A stretch of DNA of 40,498 nt from Gemmatimonadaceae bacterium (GCA_040902005.1 JBBDYA010000028.1:1-40498), one strand, 5' to 3'; shown: positions 1 through 11,089, counted from the stretch's first letter. Notes: a model not told the origin generated them from the letters alone. Translations and numbers: made by a program.

Positions 1-50
1 TGACCTCCACGATGTCAACGTGGCGCTCTAACCAACTGAGCTAACCGCCC
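1..50 (-). tRNA. tRNA-Val(GAC), 3' end cut by the window edge
   Basis: Reverse complement GGGCGGTTAGCTCAGTTGGTTAGAGCG-CCACG-TTGACAT-CGTGG-AGGTCA gives a D arm and an anticodon stem CCACG/CGTGG with anticodon GAC. Confidence 0.92.
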
Positions 51-123
51 AAACATCCGGGAACAGGTAGCGGACTCGGGGGTAAGACAGCCGAGTCCTC
101 CGCGCGTACGCCCGGGACGTCAG

Positions 124-196
124 TGGAGACGAGGGGGATCGAACCCCTGACCTCGTGAATGCCATTCACGCGCTCTCCCAACTGAGCTACGTCCCC
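124..196 (-). tRNA. tRNA-Ala(GGC), CCA not encoded
   Basis: 73-nt cloverleaf: acceptor GGGGACG/CGTCTCC-A with G3:U70 Ala identity pair, anticodon stem GTGAA/TTCAC with loop TGGCA, T loop TTCGATC. Confidence 0.96.
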
Positions 197-247
197 CGAA
201 GTCCGTGCGGCGGAACCACATACATACGTTTCCGCAGGGAACCGCGA

Positions 248-276
248 AACCTACCTGAGGGTATTTACGAAGTCAA
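248..276 (-). promoter_or_regulatory. sigma-70-type promoter for the tRNA operon
   Basis: Minus strand TTGACT-N17-TAGGTT, about 50 nt upstream of tRNA-Ala. Confidence 0.7.
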
Positions 277-459
277 GCAAATAGGACTGGCGTAAACGTC
301 AGAGGCCGATATTTTGCAGCGCCTTCCATCGCAGGGGAAGGTTGCCTGCCGGCAGCTCACGTTGCGCGGGCCCGTATTCATCAGCGAAGTGACGCCCTGC
401 TGCGTTACCGCTCATAGATGACTACCGCAAACTCGTAGTCACCAGAGGCTATTCCGAAC

Positions 460-1347
460 ATGACCGAAGTGAAGCGCCGTCGTCGGCGCACCGCGCCAGC
501 CGGTATCGCGCCAAACGAGCCGGAACGCGATATTCTCGATCAGTACCTGTATGAGGTGTCCACGTACCCCCTGCTCAAGGGGGACGAGGAGATCCAGCTT
601 GCGCGCAAGATCCGCAACGGGGATCAGGACGCCCTCCAGGAACTCGTGAAGCGCAACCTGCGCTTCGTCATCTCCGTCGCGAAGAAGTACCAGAACCGCG
701 GCCTGCCCCTCATCGACCTCATCGGCGAGGGGAACGTGGGCCTGCTCACCGCCGCCCGGAAATTCGATCCGGATCAGGGGGTGAAGTTCATCTCGTACGC
801 GGTCTGGTGGATCCGCCAGGCGATTCTCTCGGCGCTCGCGCGCCAGGGGCGCACGGTGCGCGTGCCGCTCAACCGCACGGCGGATCTCTCGCGCATCATC
901 AAGGCGTCCGAGATCCTGCGGCAGAAGCTCAATCGCGAGCCCACGCCGGAGGAACTCTCACACCTCACGGGATTGTCGGTCGAGGTCGTGCAGTCGCTCG
1001 CGGCGCTCAACACGTCCGACGTCAGGCTCGACGCGCCAATGGATCCCGAGGGCGATCGCTCGCTCATCGAGCGGTTCGTCGCCGACGAGATGCCGGACAC
1101 CGAGGAGGAAGCCATGAACCGGTTCCTCACCGACGAAATCGAGCAGGCGCTCAGCACCCTGCCGCCGCGGGATGCCAAGGTACTGCGACTGTATTTCGGG
1201 CTCGAGGGCGGACGCGAACACACCCTCGAGGAGATCGGCTCGATGCTCGGCGTCACGCGTGAGCGCGTTCGCCAGCTGCGCGACCGCGCGCTCAAGCGCC
1301 TGCGTGAAGGCGACGTCGGCCGCGCGCTCGGGAGTTTCGCGGCGTGA
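460..1347 (+). CDS. RNA polymerase sigma-70 factor, RpoD/RpoS family, no region 1.1 (group-2-like)
   Basis: Region 1.2 (LDQYLYEV..PLL), region 2 (NLRFVISVAKKY, DLIGEGNVGL, KFISYAVWWIRQAI), region 4 (TLEEIG..LGVTRERVRQ); AGAGG RBS. Confidence 0.95.
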   Translation: MTEVKRRRRRTAPAGIAPNEPERDILDQYLYEVSTYPLLKGDEEIQLARKIRNGDQDALQELVKRNLRFVISVAKKYQNRGLPLIDLIGEGNVGLLTAARKFDPDQGVKFISYAVWWIRQAILSALARQGRTVRVPLNRTADLSRIIKASEILRQKLNREPTPEELSHLTGLSVEVVQSLAALNTSDVRLDAPMDPEGDRSLIERFVADEMPDTEEEAMNRFLTDEIEQALSTLPPRDAKVLRLYFGLEGGREHTLEEIGSMLGVTRERVRQLRDRALKRLREGDVGRALGSFAA

Positions 1348-1374
1348 CCTGAAAGCTGGCCGGGATATGGGTGT

Positions 1375-1407
1375 GGGCGGGGCGAGAGATTCGCTCCGCC
1401 CTTTTTT
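1375..1407 (+). terminator. Rho-independent terminator after the sigma gene
   Basis: GGGCGGGGCGA-GAGAT-TCGCTCCGCCC followed by T6. Confidence 0.85.
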
Positions 1408-1421
1408 CATCCCGGGCCGGT

Positions 1422-1555
1422 CGATGCGAACCACGGAGGACACGGAGGACGCGGAGGAGCTTTCGAGCAAACCGGGTCCGAGCGCCGATGAAGCTTGAAT
1501 GCCGCGTCCACGACATCGCTGCGGTCCTCCGTGTCTCCGTGTCCTCCGTGGTGAA
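1422..1555 (+). repeat. REP/MITE-like palindromic element, family A copy 1
   Basis: Left arm CGATGCGAACCACGGAGGACACGGAGGACGCGGAG, right arm CTCCGTGTCTCCGTGTCCTCCGTGGTG; internal 18-mer 1471-1488 is the exact reverse complement of 33722-33739. Confidence 0.85.
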
Positions 1556-1613
1556 GCCCTGTTTTTCTTTCGCCTAGCCGGCAGCGGCATGCCACATCAC
1601 ATTTCGTTCGCCC

Positions 1614-1644
1614 CCCTTATCCCTTTTCCCATATCCCATAGCCC
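1614..1644. repeat. Heptamer tandem array (CCCWTWK x4)
   Basis: CCCTTAT CCCTTTT CCCATAT CCCATAG CCC directly before the GTG at 1648. Confidence 0.6.
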
Positions 1645-1647
1645 GAA

Positions 1648-2400
1648 GTGATCAAGCTCGTCGACGTCCACAAATCCTTCGGCCCCAAGCAGGTGCTCCA
1701 GGGCTTCACCCTCGACATTTCCGAGGGCGAGTCCGTGGTGGTCATCGGATACTCGGGGTCCGGCAAGTCCGTCGCGATCAAGCACATCGTGGGACTGCTG
1801 GAGCCGGACCGGGGTGAAGTGTGGGTGGACGGACTGGAGGTGCCGGCGCTCCCGCGCCGCGACCTGTACGAGCTGCGCTCGCACATCGGCTACGTCTTCC
1901 AGTTCGCCGCGCTCTTCGACTCCTACTCCATCGGCGAGAACGTGGCGATGGGGCTGCGCAAGCAGGGACTGCTGCGCGCTGACGAGATCGACGGCCGCGT
2001 ACACGAAGCGCTCGAGTTGGTGGACCTGCCCAATGTGGCGGAACGATTTCCGGCGGAACTCTCCGGAGGCATGCGCAAGCGTGTTGGCATCGCGCGGGCC
2101 GTGGCCCTCCGCCCCAAGTACATGCTCTACGACGAGCCCACCACCGGACTCGATCCCGTCACGTCGGCCACCATCGACGAATTGATGATCCGGATGCGCG
2201 ATATGCTCGGCGTGACCAGCGTGGTGATCACGCACGACATGCGCAGTGCCTATGCGGTCGGCACGCGGATCGCGATGTTGTACGAGGGGCGTGTGCGTCA
2301 GGTGGGCACCGTCGACGAGATCCGAGGCACCGCCGACCCCATCGTCCGGCAGTTCATCGAAGGGAAGGCCACGCTGGACGACGCGGTGCAGCGCGTATGA
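1648..2400 (+). CDS. ABC transporter ATP-binding protein, MlaF/Mkl family
   Basis: Walker A GYSGSGKS, FQFAALFDS, signature LSGGMRKRVGIARA, YDEPTTGLDP, ITHD; GTG start. Confidence 0.9.
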   Translation: MIKLVDVHKSFGPKQVLQGFTLDISEGESVVVIGYSGSGKSVAIKHIVGLLEPDRGEVWVDGLEVPALPRRDLYELRSHIGYVFQFAALFDSYSIGENVAMGLRKQGLLRADEIDGRVHEALELVDLPNVAERFPAELSGGMRKRVGIARAVALRPKYMLYDEPTTGLDPVTSATIDELMIRMRDMLGVTSVVITHDMRSAYAVGTRIAMLYEGRVRQVGTVDEIRGTADPIVRQFIEGKATLDDAVQRV

Positions 2401-2915
2401 GCGCCGGCAGCGACCGGACCGGCCGCACCGGCCGCCCTGGCGGCAATGGCAAGAATGGCAAGCCGCGGCGCGCGCGCCGCGAAACGTCGGCCGGAGGCGT
2501 GGTCTACCGGCTGACCGACGGCCGCCCCCTGTACCTGCTGATTCGCGACAGTTACGGCAACTGGGGGTTTCCCAAGGGCCATCTGGAGCGCGGAGAGCGG
2601 GCCGGAACGGCGGCGCTGCGCGAAGTGCTCGAGGAAACCGGACTGCGGGGGGTACGCGTGGTCGCCCCGATCGACACGATCGAATGGCACTTCCGGTTCC
2701 GGGGGACGCTCATTCACAAACGCTGTGAATTTTTCCTCATGGAAACCGACGCGCGGCGGACAACGCCGCAGCGCGACGAGGGAATCACCGCCTGTCGATG
2801 GACGCCCGCGGACGAAGCCATCGACCTCATCGGCTACGACAACGCGCGCGCGATCCTGCGCCGCGCCCACGAAATGGTGGGCGCTTTGAAGGTCGCCACG
2901 GGACCGCCGGCATGA
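2397..2915 (+). CDS. NUDIX hydrolase (Ap4A-hydrolase-like)
   Basis: SAGGVV, WGFPKGH and Nudix box GHLERGERAGTAALREVLEETGL; ATGA overlap with upstream gene. Confidence 0.9.
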   Translation: MSAGSDRTGRTGRPGGNGKNGKPRRARRETSAGGVVYRLTDGRPLYLLIRDSYGNWGFPKGHLERGERAGTAALREVLEETGLRGVRVVAPIDTIEWHFRFRGTLIHKRCEFFLMETDARRTTPQRDEGITACRWTPADEAIDLIGYDNARAILRRAHEMVGALKVATGPPA

Positions 2916-3715
2916 CCGCGCCGGCCATCGATCCCTCGCTCTCCTGCGTCGTGGCGTTCGCGCCCCGGGAGCGGACGCGCGCGATGATCCGGACGGCCTT
3001 CCCGCGCCGCCGCTGCCGCATCGTGTTCGCCCGCACGGGACGCGACTTCGGCGACGCCTTCCGCAAGGAGCTGGTGGACGCGGCGCTCGTCGACGTCGGC
3101 TCCACGCACGACGACACCTGGGTCGCCGCCAGCCTCGCCCGTGAATTCCCCAGCGCTCCCTTTTTCGCCCTGGCCTCGTTGCGCGCGGCCGAGGGGCCGG
3201 CCATTGCCCATTGCGCGGAGCTCGAGTTCGCGGACGTCCTGGTGGAGGGCATCGACGACGGCTGCGCCCGCGACATCGTCGCGCGGCGCGGCTTCTCCGC
3301 GCGCTTCGCGGACGCGCTCAAGGTTCCTCCCCCATCGCTCGCGCTCACGACGGCCGTGCAGCAGCGCGCCTGGGAGTACGTGGTGTCGCATGCCGGACGC
3401 CGCGTGCGCACGGTGAACCTGGCCAGCCGCCTCGGCGTCACCCGCGAGCACCTGAGCCGCACCTTTTCCGCCGAGGGAGCGCCGAACCTCAAGCGCATCA
3501 TCGACCTGGTGCGCCTGCTGGCCGCCGCGGAGCTGGCCAAGAATCCCGGCTACGACATCCGGGACGTGGCGGCGGTGCTGGACTTCGCCTCGTCGTCGCA
3601 CCTGTCGAGCACCGCGCAGCGGATCGTCGGCACCAAGCCGGCGTCGCTCGCCCGGCTCCGGTCGGTCGACCTGATTCAGCGCTTCTGCAAGGGGCACGGG
3701 CGCAGTCGTTCGTGA
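2912..3715 (+). CDS. AraC-family regulator with a degenerate receiver-like N-terminal domain
   Basis: C-terminal LASRLGVTREHLSRTF and IRDVAAVLDFASSSHLS double HTH; start moved to ATG 2912, which overlaps the NUDIX stop (ATGA). Confidence 0.82.
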   Translation: MTAPAIDPSLSCVVAFAPRERTRAMIRTAFPRRRCRIVFARTGRDFGDAFRKELVDAALVDVGSTHDDTWVAASLAREFPSAPFFALASLRAAEGPAIAHCAELEFADVLVEGIDDGCARDIVARRGFSARFADALKVPPPSLALTTAVQQRAWEYVVSHAGRRVRTVNLASRLGVTREHLSRTFSAEGAPNLKRIIDLVRLLAAAELAKNPGYDIRDVAAVLDFASSSHLSSTAQRIVGTKPASLARLRSVDLIQRFCKGHGRSRS

Positions 3716-3760
3716 CAGATCTCTGATCGCCACGGCGGGTGCCATCGGTGAACGCCGCGC

Positions 3761-4150
3761 TCAGCCCGGCGAGGCCGGCCGCTCATCCGCTGCCTGCCGG
3801 TCGAGATACACAAGGAATCCCGACAGGAGTCTGTTGACGGTCTGAATCTTCGACGTCAACTGCGCGAAATGCGTCGGTGACAGCAACTCGGCCTGGCGCG
3901 CGATCGCGAGCGACGTTTCCAGCCGCAGCAGGTGTCGCTTGGCGCTCCGGTACAACTGGCGCTGCTCCCCCGGCGCGTACCGCCCGTATCCCTCCGCCAC
4001 GTGCTCGGCCATCACCATGGCCGTGACCATGGTGTGCTCGGTAATCGCCTTGATTTCCCTGCGGTTGGTGGACCGCAGCGACCGGATCACGTCCGCCGCC
4101 AGGGCAACCGATTCCTGCCATACCCGAAGGTCCCGAAGCCCGAGTCCCAT
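3761..4150 (-). CDS. Four-helix-bundle protein (TIGR02436 / 23S-IVS-protein-like)
   Basis: LRDLRVWQES, VAEGYGR, helical C-terminus; start taken at ATG 4150. Confidence 0.8.
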   Translation of the reverse strand: MGLGLRDLRVWQESVALAADVIRSLRSTNRREIKAITEHTMVTAMVMAEHVAEGYGRYAPGEQRQLYRSAKRHLLRLETSLAIARQAELLSPTHFAQLTSKIQTVNRLLSGFLVYLDRQAADERPASPG

Positions 4151-4243
4151 GGGACCGAAGATGCTGGCCCCGGGGGCCCGCTCCATCACCAAAAAACCGC
4201 CGGTAGTGCGCTATTGCCTCAGATCAGCCATTCTCATGCTGGC

Positions 4244-4280
4244 TTGCAGTCGTTCCGGACCTTGTGATATTTTTCACAAG
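4244..4280 (+). promoter_or_regulatory. atp promoter with overlapping Rex/CRP-type operator
   Basis: TTGCAG-N18-TATTTT with TGn extension; palindrome CTTGTGA-TATTTT-TCACAAG at 4261-4280. Confidence 0.75.
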
Positions 4281-4320
4281 CTCCTGCCCGGAGCCCTTTC
4301 CCGAAATCACCCCGCTCAGC

Positions 4321-5889
4321 ATGGCTACAGAAACGACACTCCGTCCCGGCGAGATCAAGGACATTCTGCTCCGTGAAATCGATGCTGCCGATCTTCCCGA
4401 TCTCGACGTGGAGGAGGTCGGTACCGTCCTCGAAGTGAAGGACGGCATCGCGCGCATCTACGGACTACGGAAGGCGATGGCCGGCGAGATGCTCGAGATC
4501 ACCGCGTCGGAATCGGGGAACAAGGTCACCGCGCTCTGTCTCAACCTGGAAGAGGACAACATCGGCGCGGTCATCCTGGGCGACTACCTCCAGCTCAAGG
4601 AAGGCGACGACGTGCGCCGCACGGCACGCGTGCTCGAGGTGCCCGTGGGACCGGAGCTGTTGGGGCGGGTCGTGGACGCGCTGGGTCGCCCGATCGACGG
4701 CGCCGGCGACATCAACGCCAGGCATTCACGCAAGGTGGAGTCAGAGGCGCCGGGCATCATCGTCCGCCAGCCGGTGAAGGAGCCGCTCCAGACGGGACTC
4801 AAGGCGGTGGACTCGATGATCCCGATCGGTCGCGGGCAGCGCGAGCTGATCATCGGCGACCGCGGCACCGGCAAGACCGCGATCGCGGTGGACACGATCA
4901 TCAACCAGAAGGGGCAGGGTGTCATCTGCGTCTACATCGCGATCGGCCAGAAGGCGTCCACGGTCGCGTCGGTGGTGGCGCGGTTGAAGCAGGCGGGCGC
5001 GATGGAGTTCAGCATCGTCGTGGTCGCATCGGCGTCGGACCCGGCGCCCATGCAGTACATCGCGCCGTACACGGGCTGCGCGATGGCAGAGTACTTCATG
5101 TACAACGAAGGCAAGGCCACGCTGTGCGTGTACGACGACCTGTCGAAGCAGGCGGCAGCGTACCGCCAGCTGTCGCTCGTGCTGCGCCGGCCGCCCGGCC
5201 GCGAGGCGTATCCCGGCGACGTGTTCTATCTCCATTCGCGCCTGCTGGAGCGCGCCGCCAAGCTGAGCAACGACCCCTCCATCGTGGACGGCAAGACGAT
5301 CCTCAAGCCGGGGGGTTCGCTCACCGCGCTGCCGGTGATCGAAACGCAGGCCGGCGACGTGTCCGCGTACATTCCCACGAACGTCATCTCCATCACCGAC
5401 GGACAGATCTTCCTCGAGTCGGACCTGTTCTTTGCCGGCGTGCGTCCCGCGATCAACGTGGGCATCTCGGTGTCGCGCGTGGGCGGCTCCGCGCAGGTCA
5501 AGGCGATGAGGCAGGTGGCCGGCCGCCTGCGTCTCGATCTCGCCCAGTACCGCGAGCTGGAGGCCTTTTCATCGTTCGCGTCGGACCTCGATGCCACCAC
5601 CAAGCGCCAGCTCGAGCGGGGGGCGCGCACCGTGGAAGTGCTCAAGCAGGGGCAGTACTCGCCGATGGCCGTGGAACAGCAGGTGATGATCCTGTTCGCC
5701 GTGGCGAACGGATTCCTGGACGACGTGGAGGTCTCGAAGCTCCGCGAATGGGAACTCGGGTTCCACGAGTTCATGGCCGCGCAGTTTCCGCAGGTGGGCG
5801 ACGGGATCCGGTCGAAGAAGGAGCTCACGAAAGACACGGAGGCGGACTTGCGCCGCGGCATCGAGGCCTTCAAGAAGTCGCATGGCTAA
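4321..5889 (+). CDS. atpA: F0F1 ATP synthase subunit alpha
   Basis: [57 protein letters not shown]; start at ATG 4321. Confidence 0.98.
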   Translation: MATETTLRPGEIKDILLREIDAADLPDLDVEEVGTVLEVKDGIARIYGLRKAMAGEMLEITASESGNKVTALCLNLEEDNIGAVILGDYLQLKEGDDVRRTARVLEVPVGPELLGRVVDALGRPIDGAGDINARHSRKVESEAPGIIVRQPVKEPLQTGLKAVDSMIPIGRGQRELIIGDRGTGKTAIAVDTIINQKGQGVICVYIAIGQKASTVASVVARLKQAGAMEFSIVVVASASDPAPMQYIAPYTGCAMAEYFMYNEGKATLCVYDDLSKQAAAYRQLSLVLRRPPGREAYPGDVFYLHSRLLERAAKLSNDPSIVDGKTILKPGGSLTALPVIETQAGDVSAYIPTNVISITDGQIFLESDLFFAGVRPAINVGISVSRVGGSAQVKAMRQVAGRLRLDLAQYRELEAFSSFASDLDATTKRQLERGARTVEVLKQGQYSPMAVEQQVMILFAVANGFLDDVEVSKLREWELGFHEFMAAQFPQVGDGIRSKKELTKDTEADLRRGIEAFKKSHG

Positions 5890-6751
5890 GGGGCGCGAGC
5901 TCAAGGGCCGGATCAAGTCCGTCGAGAACACGCGCAAGATCACGCGCACGATGGAGATGGTCGCGACCTCGAAGATGAAGCGGGCGCAGGATCGCGTGGT
6001 GGCGGCCCGCCCCTACGCGAACGCGCTCGCGGACGTCATCTCCAGCCTCTACTCGGCGGAGCTGGCGGAGCGATTTCCGCTGCTGCGGCAGCCGGCGGGC
6101 ACCGCCCGACGCGCCGCCGTCATCCTGCTCACGTCCAACCGCGGGTTGGCCGGCGCCTTCAACGCAAACTTGATCAAGGAAGCGCGCACGCTGCTCGCGC
6201 GGCTGGAAGGCGAAGGCACCGACGTCGAGGTCCACGCGGTGGGCAAGAAGGGCCTTGGCTATTTCCGGTACGTCAATCGCACCGTGGCATCGAGCCGGAT
6301 CGACATCACCGACCGCCCCACCGCGCAGAACGCGGCCGAGCTGGTGGACGGGCTCATGCAGGACTTCACGTCGAAACGGCTGGACGCTGTGTACGTGGTG
6401 TACGCGAAGTTCAACTCCGTGCTGTCCACGCCGCCCACGAGCCAGCGAGTGCTGCCCGTCACGCCGCCCGAACGCGGCAAGGCACCCGCTCCAGACTACC
6501 TGCTGTATCCCTCGGCTGAGGAAATCCTTACGGCCCTACTGCCGTCGTACGTGCGCAACGCGATCTACCGCGCGCTGGTAGAGACCGTGGCTGGCGAACA
6601 GTCGGCCCGGCGCACTGCCATGAAGAACGCCACGGACAACGCGACCGACATGCTGAACATCCTGCGGCGAACGTACAACCGCGCCCGTCAGGCGCAGATC
6701 ACGCAGGAGATCGCCGAGATCGTCGGCGGCTCCGCGGCACTCGAGGGATGA
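5882..6751 (+). CDS. atpG: F0F1 ATP synthase subunit gamma
   Basis: [56 protein letters not shown]. Confidence 0.98.
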   Translation: MAKGRELKGRIKSVENTRKITRTMEMVATSKMKRAQDRVVAARPYANALADVISSLYSAELAERFPLLRQPAGTARRAAVILLTSNRGLAGAFNANLIKEARTLLARLEGEGTDVEVHAVGKKGLGYFRYVNRTVASSRIDITDRPTAQNAAELVDGLMQDFTSKRLDAVYVVYAKFNSVLSTPPTSQRVLPVTPPERGKAPAPDYLLYPSAEEILTALLPSYVRNAIYRALVETVAGEQSARRTAMKNATDNATDMLNILRRTYNRARQAQITQEIAEIVGGSAALEG

Positions 6752-8188
<1,437 letters not shown>

Positions 8189-8190
8189 CC

Positions 8191-8458
8191 GTGCTCCACG
8201 TCTCGGTCATCTCGCCGGAGTCAGCGCTGTACGAGGGGGACGCGACGTCTGTCGTGGCCCCCGCGTTCGACGGTGAGGTGGGCATCCTGCCGGGGCACGC
8301 CCCGATGATGACGCTGCTGGGGAAGGGGGAGCTTCGGATCGAGGGGGGCGGGGGGGGGGGCGGGCGCCCGCGCGTTCACGGTCGAGGGCGGGTTTCTTCA
8401 GGTCGTGGGGAACCAGGTGCGCGTGGTCACGGAGCGCGGCGCCGAAGCCAAGTCGTAG
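8191..8458 (+). CDS. atpC: F0F1 ATP synthase subunit epsilon (short form), frameshifted in the G11 tract at 8350-8360
   Basis: N-terminal VSVISPE..GEVGILPGHAPMMTLL; conserved FTVEGGFLQVVGNQVRVVTE lies in another frame after the G tract and ends at TAG 8456-8458 (268 nt, 3n+1). Confidence 0.9.
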
Positions 8459-8503
8459 GTCTGCTCATCGGTGACTATCGACGCCGGCTCGTTGTGGCGG
8501 CAC

Positions 8504-9259
8504 TCAGAGCCCCAACGCCCGAATCTCCTTGGCGCGCTCGCGGCTCACCACGAGACGGGTGCCGTCCTTGAGCTCCGCCTCCAGTTGTCCCTTCCCGTGC
8601 GGCCGGAACGTCACGACGTGATCGAGGTTCACGATGTGCGTCCGGTGGATGCGAACAAATCGCTTCCCGTCCAGCCGCGATTCCAATCGACTCAAGGGGA
8701 CATGGAGCATGTGGCGGCTTTTGCCTGCGTGGGCGACGACGTAGTCGCCCGACGCCTCGAACCACGCGACGCCTGCGACGGCGACGGGGATCACTGCTCC
8801 TCCGGACCGCACGAAGAGGCGGCTCATCGGGCCGCTGCCGAGGGCCTCGCGCAGCCGATCGATCGCCGCGGGCGAGTCCACGCCCCGCGGCTCACCCAGG
8901 GCGGCCCGCACGCGCCCGAGGGTTTTCGCCAATCGGTCCGGGCCGAATGGCTTCAATAGATAGTCCAACGCGCCCAGCTCGAACGCGGTGGCCGCATGCT
9001 GCGCGTACGCGGTCGTGAACACCACGAACGGACGATGCGAGACATGCTCCAGCACGTCCGTCCCAAGCAGTCCCGGCATCTGGATGTCGAGAAAGACCAG
9101 CTCGGGTCGTAGCGTGTTGATGGCTTCCACTGCTCCCGGTCCGCTCGACGCCTCGCTCACGATCGAGAGCCAGCGCTCGCCGGACAGCATGTCGCGCAAC
9201 CCCGCGCGCGCCACCGGCTCGTCGTCGGCGATAATGACCGACACTCGCGCGTCCGTCAT
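8504..9259 (-). CDS. LytTR-family response regulator
   Basis: IADDEP, FLDIQMP, FTTAY, DYLLKP, FVRIHRTHIVN. Confidence 0.95.
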   Translation of the reverse strand: MTDARVSVIIADDEPVARAGLRDMLSGERWLSIVSEASSGPGAVEAINTLRPELVFLDIQMPGLLGTDVLEHVSHRPFVVFTTAYAQHAATAFELGALDYLLKPFGPDRLAKTLGRVRAALGEPRGVDSPAAIDRLREALGSGPMSRLFVRSGGAVIPVAVAGVAWFEASGDYVVAHAGKSRHMLHVPLSRLESRLDGKRFVRIHRTHIVNLDHVVTFRPHGKGQLEAELKDGTRLVVSRERAKEIRALGL

Positions 9260-9261
9260 CC

Positions 9262-10284
9262 CTATTCGGCCGGTTCCTGGGGAACAATCAGATTTGCGGA
9301 AAGCCCCTTCCCACCGCTCCCTGGCGCGATCTCCAGCCGCGCATGGCCGGCGTACAGCACCGCGAGCCTCTCGCGCAGGCGACGGAGACCTGTACCGGCG
9401 CCGTTGCGCAGTTGGTCGTCGGTGGCGCCGGCACCGGTGTCATGGATAGTGAGCGTTAGCGTGCCGTTGGAGACGCTGCCGCTGATCGTGACCTCCGTCG
9501 GTTCGACGCGCGGCGCCGCGCCGTGCCGCACCGCGTTCTCGACCAGCGTCTGCGCCGCGAACGATGGAATGGACGCGCTCCGCGCCTCCGCACTGACCTG
9601 CAAGCGAACGCGCAGCCGGTCGCCGAACCGGACGCGCTCCACCTCGAGATACTTCTCGACGAAGGCGAGCTCCTCCGCAACCGACACGATGTCGCGCTCC
9701 TCCTCGATCGCGGTACGCAGCAACGTCGCCAGCAGCTCGGCGGCGTGGGCTGCCCGCTTCGGCTCGCGCGGAATCAGCTGCACCACCGTGTGCAGCGCAT
9801 TGAAGAGAAAATGCGGGTTGATCTGAGACCGAAGCGCCGCCAATTGCGCGCGAGCCGCGTTGGCCTCGGCGCGCGCCGCACGCTCGGTCGCGTGCGTCGA
9901 GTACGACACGCCGGCGATCATCACGTACAGCCAGACGCCCGTCACGAGAAATGCCGCGATGCCTGGCCCGACCACGACGACGAACGTGCGCTGAAACCCG
10001 CTCTCGATGAGGCTGTTGAGCGTCACCCAGCCGACACTGTACACGGCGGCGGCTATCACGTGCATCGCCACGAACGTGGCCGTTACCCGCTGCGGCCACG
10101 GGTGCCGCTCGACGAACCGCTGCACCACGAGCCCCAGTGCCGCGGCGGCCGCGATCAGGCGCAGTGAGCCGAGCGCCGCGTTCGGCAAATCGAGCTGGTG
10201 CGCCGTCAGCATCAGCGTCGTGACCAACGCCCATACCGGCAGCCATCCAATCAGAAGCTGAAGCCAAACGACGCGCCGCGACAT
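9262..10284 (-). CDS. LytS/YehU-type sensor histidine kinase
   Basis: Four N-terminal TM segments, LRSQINPHFLFNALH, LVENAVRHG, DTGAG, GTGL. Confidence 0.93.
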   Translation of the reverse strand: MSRRVVWLQLLIGWLPVWALVTTLMLTAHQLDLPNAALGSLRLIAAAAALGLVVQRFVERHPWPQRVTATFVAMHVIAAAVYSVGWVTLNSLIESGFQRTFVVVVGPGIAAFLVTGVWLYVMIAGVSYSTHATERAARAEANAARAQLAALRSQINPHFLFNALHTVVQLIPREPKRAAHAAELLATLLRTAIEEERDIVSVAEELAFVEKYLEVERVRFGDRLRVRLQVSAEARSASIPSFAAQTLVENAVRHGAAPRVEPTEVTISGSVSNGTLTLTIHDTGAGATDDQLRNGAGTGLRRLRERLAVLYAGHARLEIAPGSGGKGLSANLIVPQEPAE

Positions 10285-10296
10285 CCGGGAACGTTA

Positions 10297-10884
10297 CTAG
10301 CGGGGCGCCACCGCGGCGACGCGCCTGGCCTCGATGACCAGAGTCCGAGTCCAGGTCTTGCCGTCATCAACCGAACGCTCCTGTTCGTAACGGAACATGG
10401 TCGGCGTGATGCCGGCGTACCGTGACCGCGTCAGGTACGCCTTGCCGTCGGGGTCTGTGCCGCTCGAGCGGGTGGTCATTCTCCCGTCGCGCAATTCGCC
10501 GGTCGCGGATGAGAACGCGTTGCGATAGACATCGGCTGCCGAGGTCGTCCACCGGCGCGTCACCGCGTCGTACATGCGAACCGAGTACGAGAGCACGCGC
10601 GGATTCCCGGACGCGTCGGTGATGCGCAGCTCGTCCGTGATGCCCCACCCGTCGAGCGCGCGCCAGGCCTTCCATGTGCCCAGCATCTCCGGGACGCCAT
10701 GGATGCGGCCGGCGAGCGTCCTCGCCTGCGGCTTCACCGCGAGCTCCCACTGGCCCAGGAGGAAGTCGAACTGCCTGGCCTCCGCTGGCGCCGCGCGCAC
10801 GGGCGGGACGCCCGGGCCATGCTGCGCCGCGAGCACGGCGGGCGCGAGGAACAGCAGTGCGGCAATGGTCGAGCGGACCCTCAT
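10297..10884 (-). CDS. Secreted hypothetical protein, DUF1579-like
   Basis: Signal peptide, QFDFLLGQW, SVDDGKTW; AGGAGG RBS. Confidence 0.75.
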   Translation of the reverse strand: MRVRSTIAALLFLAPAVLAAQHGPGVPPVRAAPAEARQFDFLLGQWELAVKPQARTLAGRIHGVPEMLGTWKAWRALDGWGITDELRITDASGNPRVLSYSVRMYDAVTRRWTTSAADVYRNAFSSATGELRDGRMTTRSSGTDPDGKAYLTRSRYAGITPTMFRYEQERSVDDGKTWTRTLVIEARRVAAVAPR

Positions 10885-11020
10885 GATGCCTCCTGGAATG
10901 TGTCATCGCGGTGGAAGCGAGCGATGGGCAGCGATGTGCGGCTCGGCACCAACGAACTCTGAGTCGCTCCGCTCGCCGGACTGATACCCTACCGGTTACC
11001 CCACCCTCGCGCGCCGACTA

Positions 11021-11053
11021 TTCGCCGAACGGTGCGCTGGATCGGTCGAACGG
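11021..11053 (+). promoter_or_regulatory. Putative LytTR-binding direct repeat
   Basis: TTCGCCGAACGG (11021-11032) and TCGGTCGAACGG (11042-11053), 21-bp period, upstream of TATCCT at 11078-11083. Confidence 0.55.
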
Positions 11054-11089
11054 AACTCCGGTCACGCTGCGCGTGCGTATCCTGTTGCC

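Noticed and set aside
287..315. Promoter CTGGCG-N17-TATTTT for the sigma gene
   Set aside because: Plausible, but the -35 match is too weak to list as a feature
1..460. tRNA-anchored prophage or genomic island
   Set aside because: No integrase, att duplication or phage genes; the tRNA 3' ends point out of the window
3761..4150. Four-helix bundle as DGR accessory Avd or rRNA intervening sequence
   Set aside because: No reverse transcriptase, TR/VR pair or rRNA in the window
8191..8571. 126-aa AtpC as given in the ORF track
   Set aside because: Sequence after the G tract is Arg-rich nonsense overlapping the LytTR gene; the conserved epsilon sequence is in another frame
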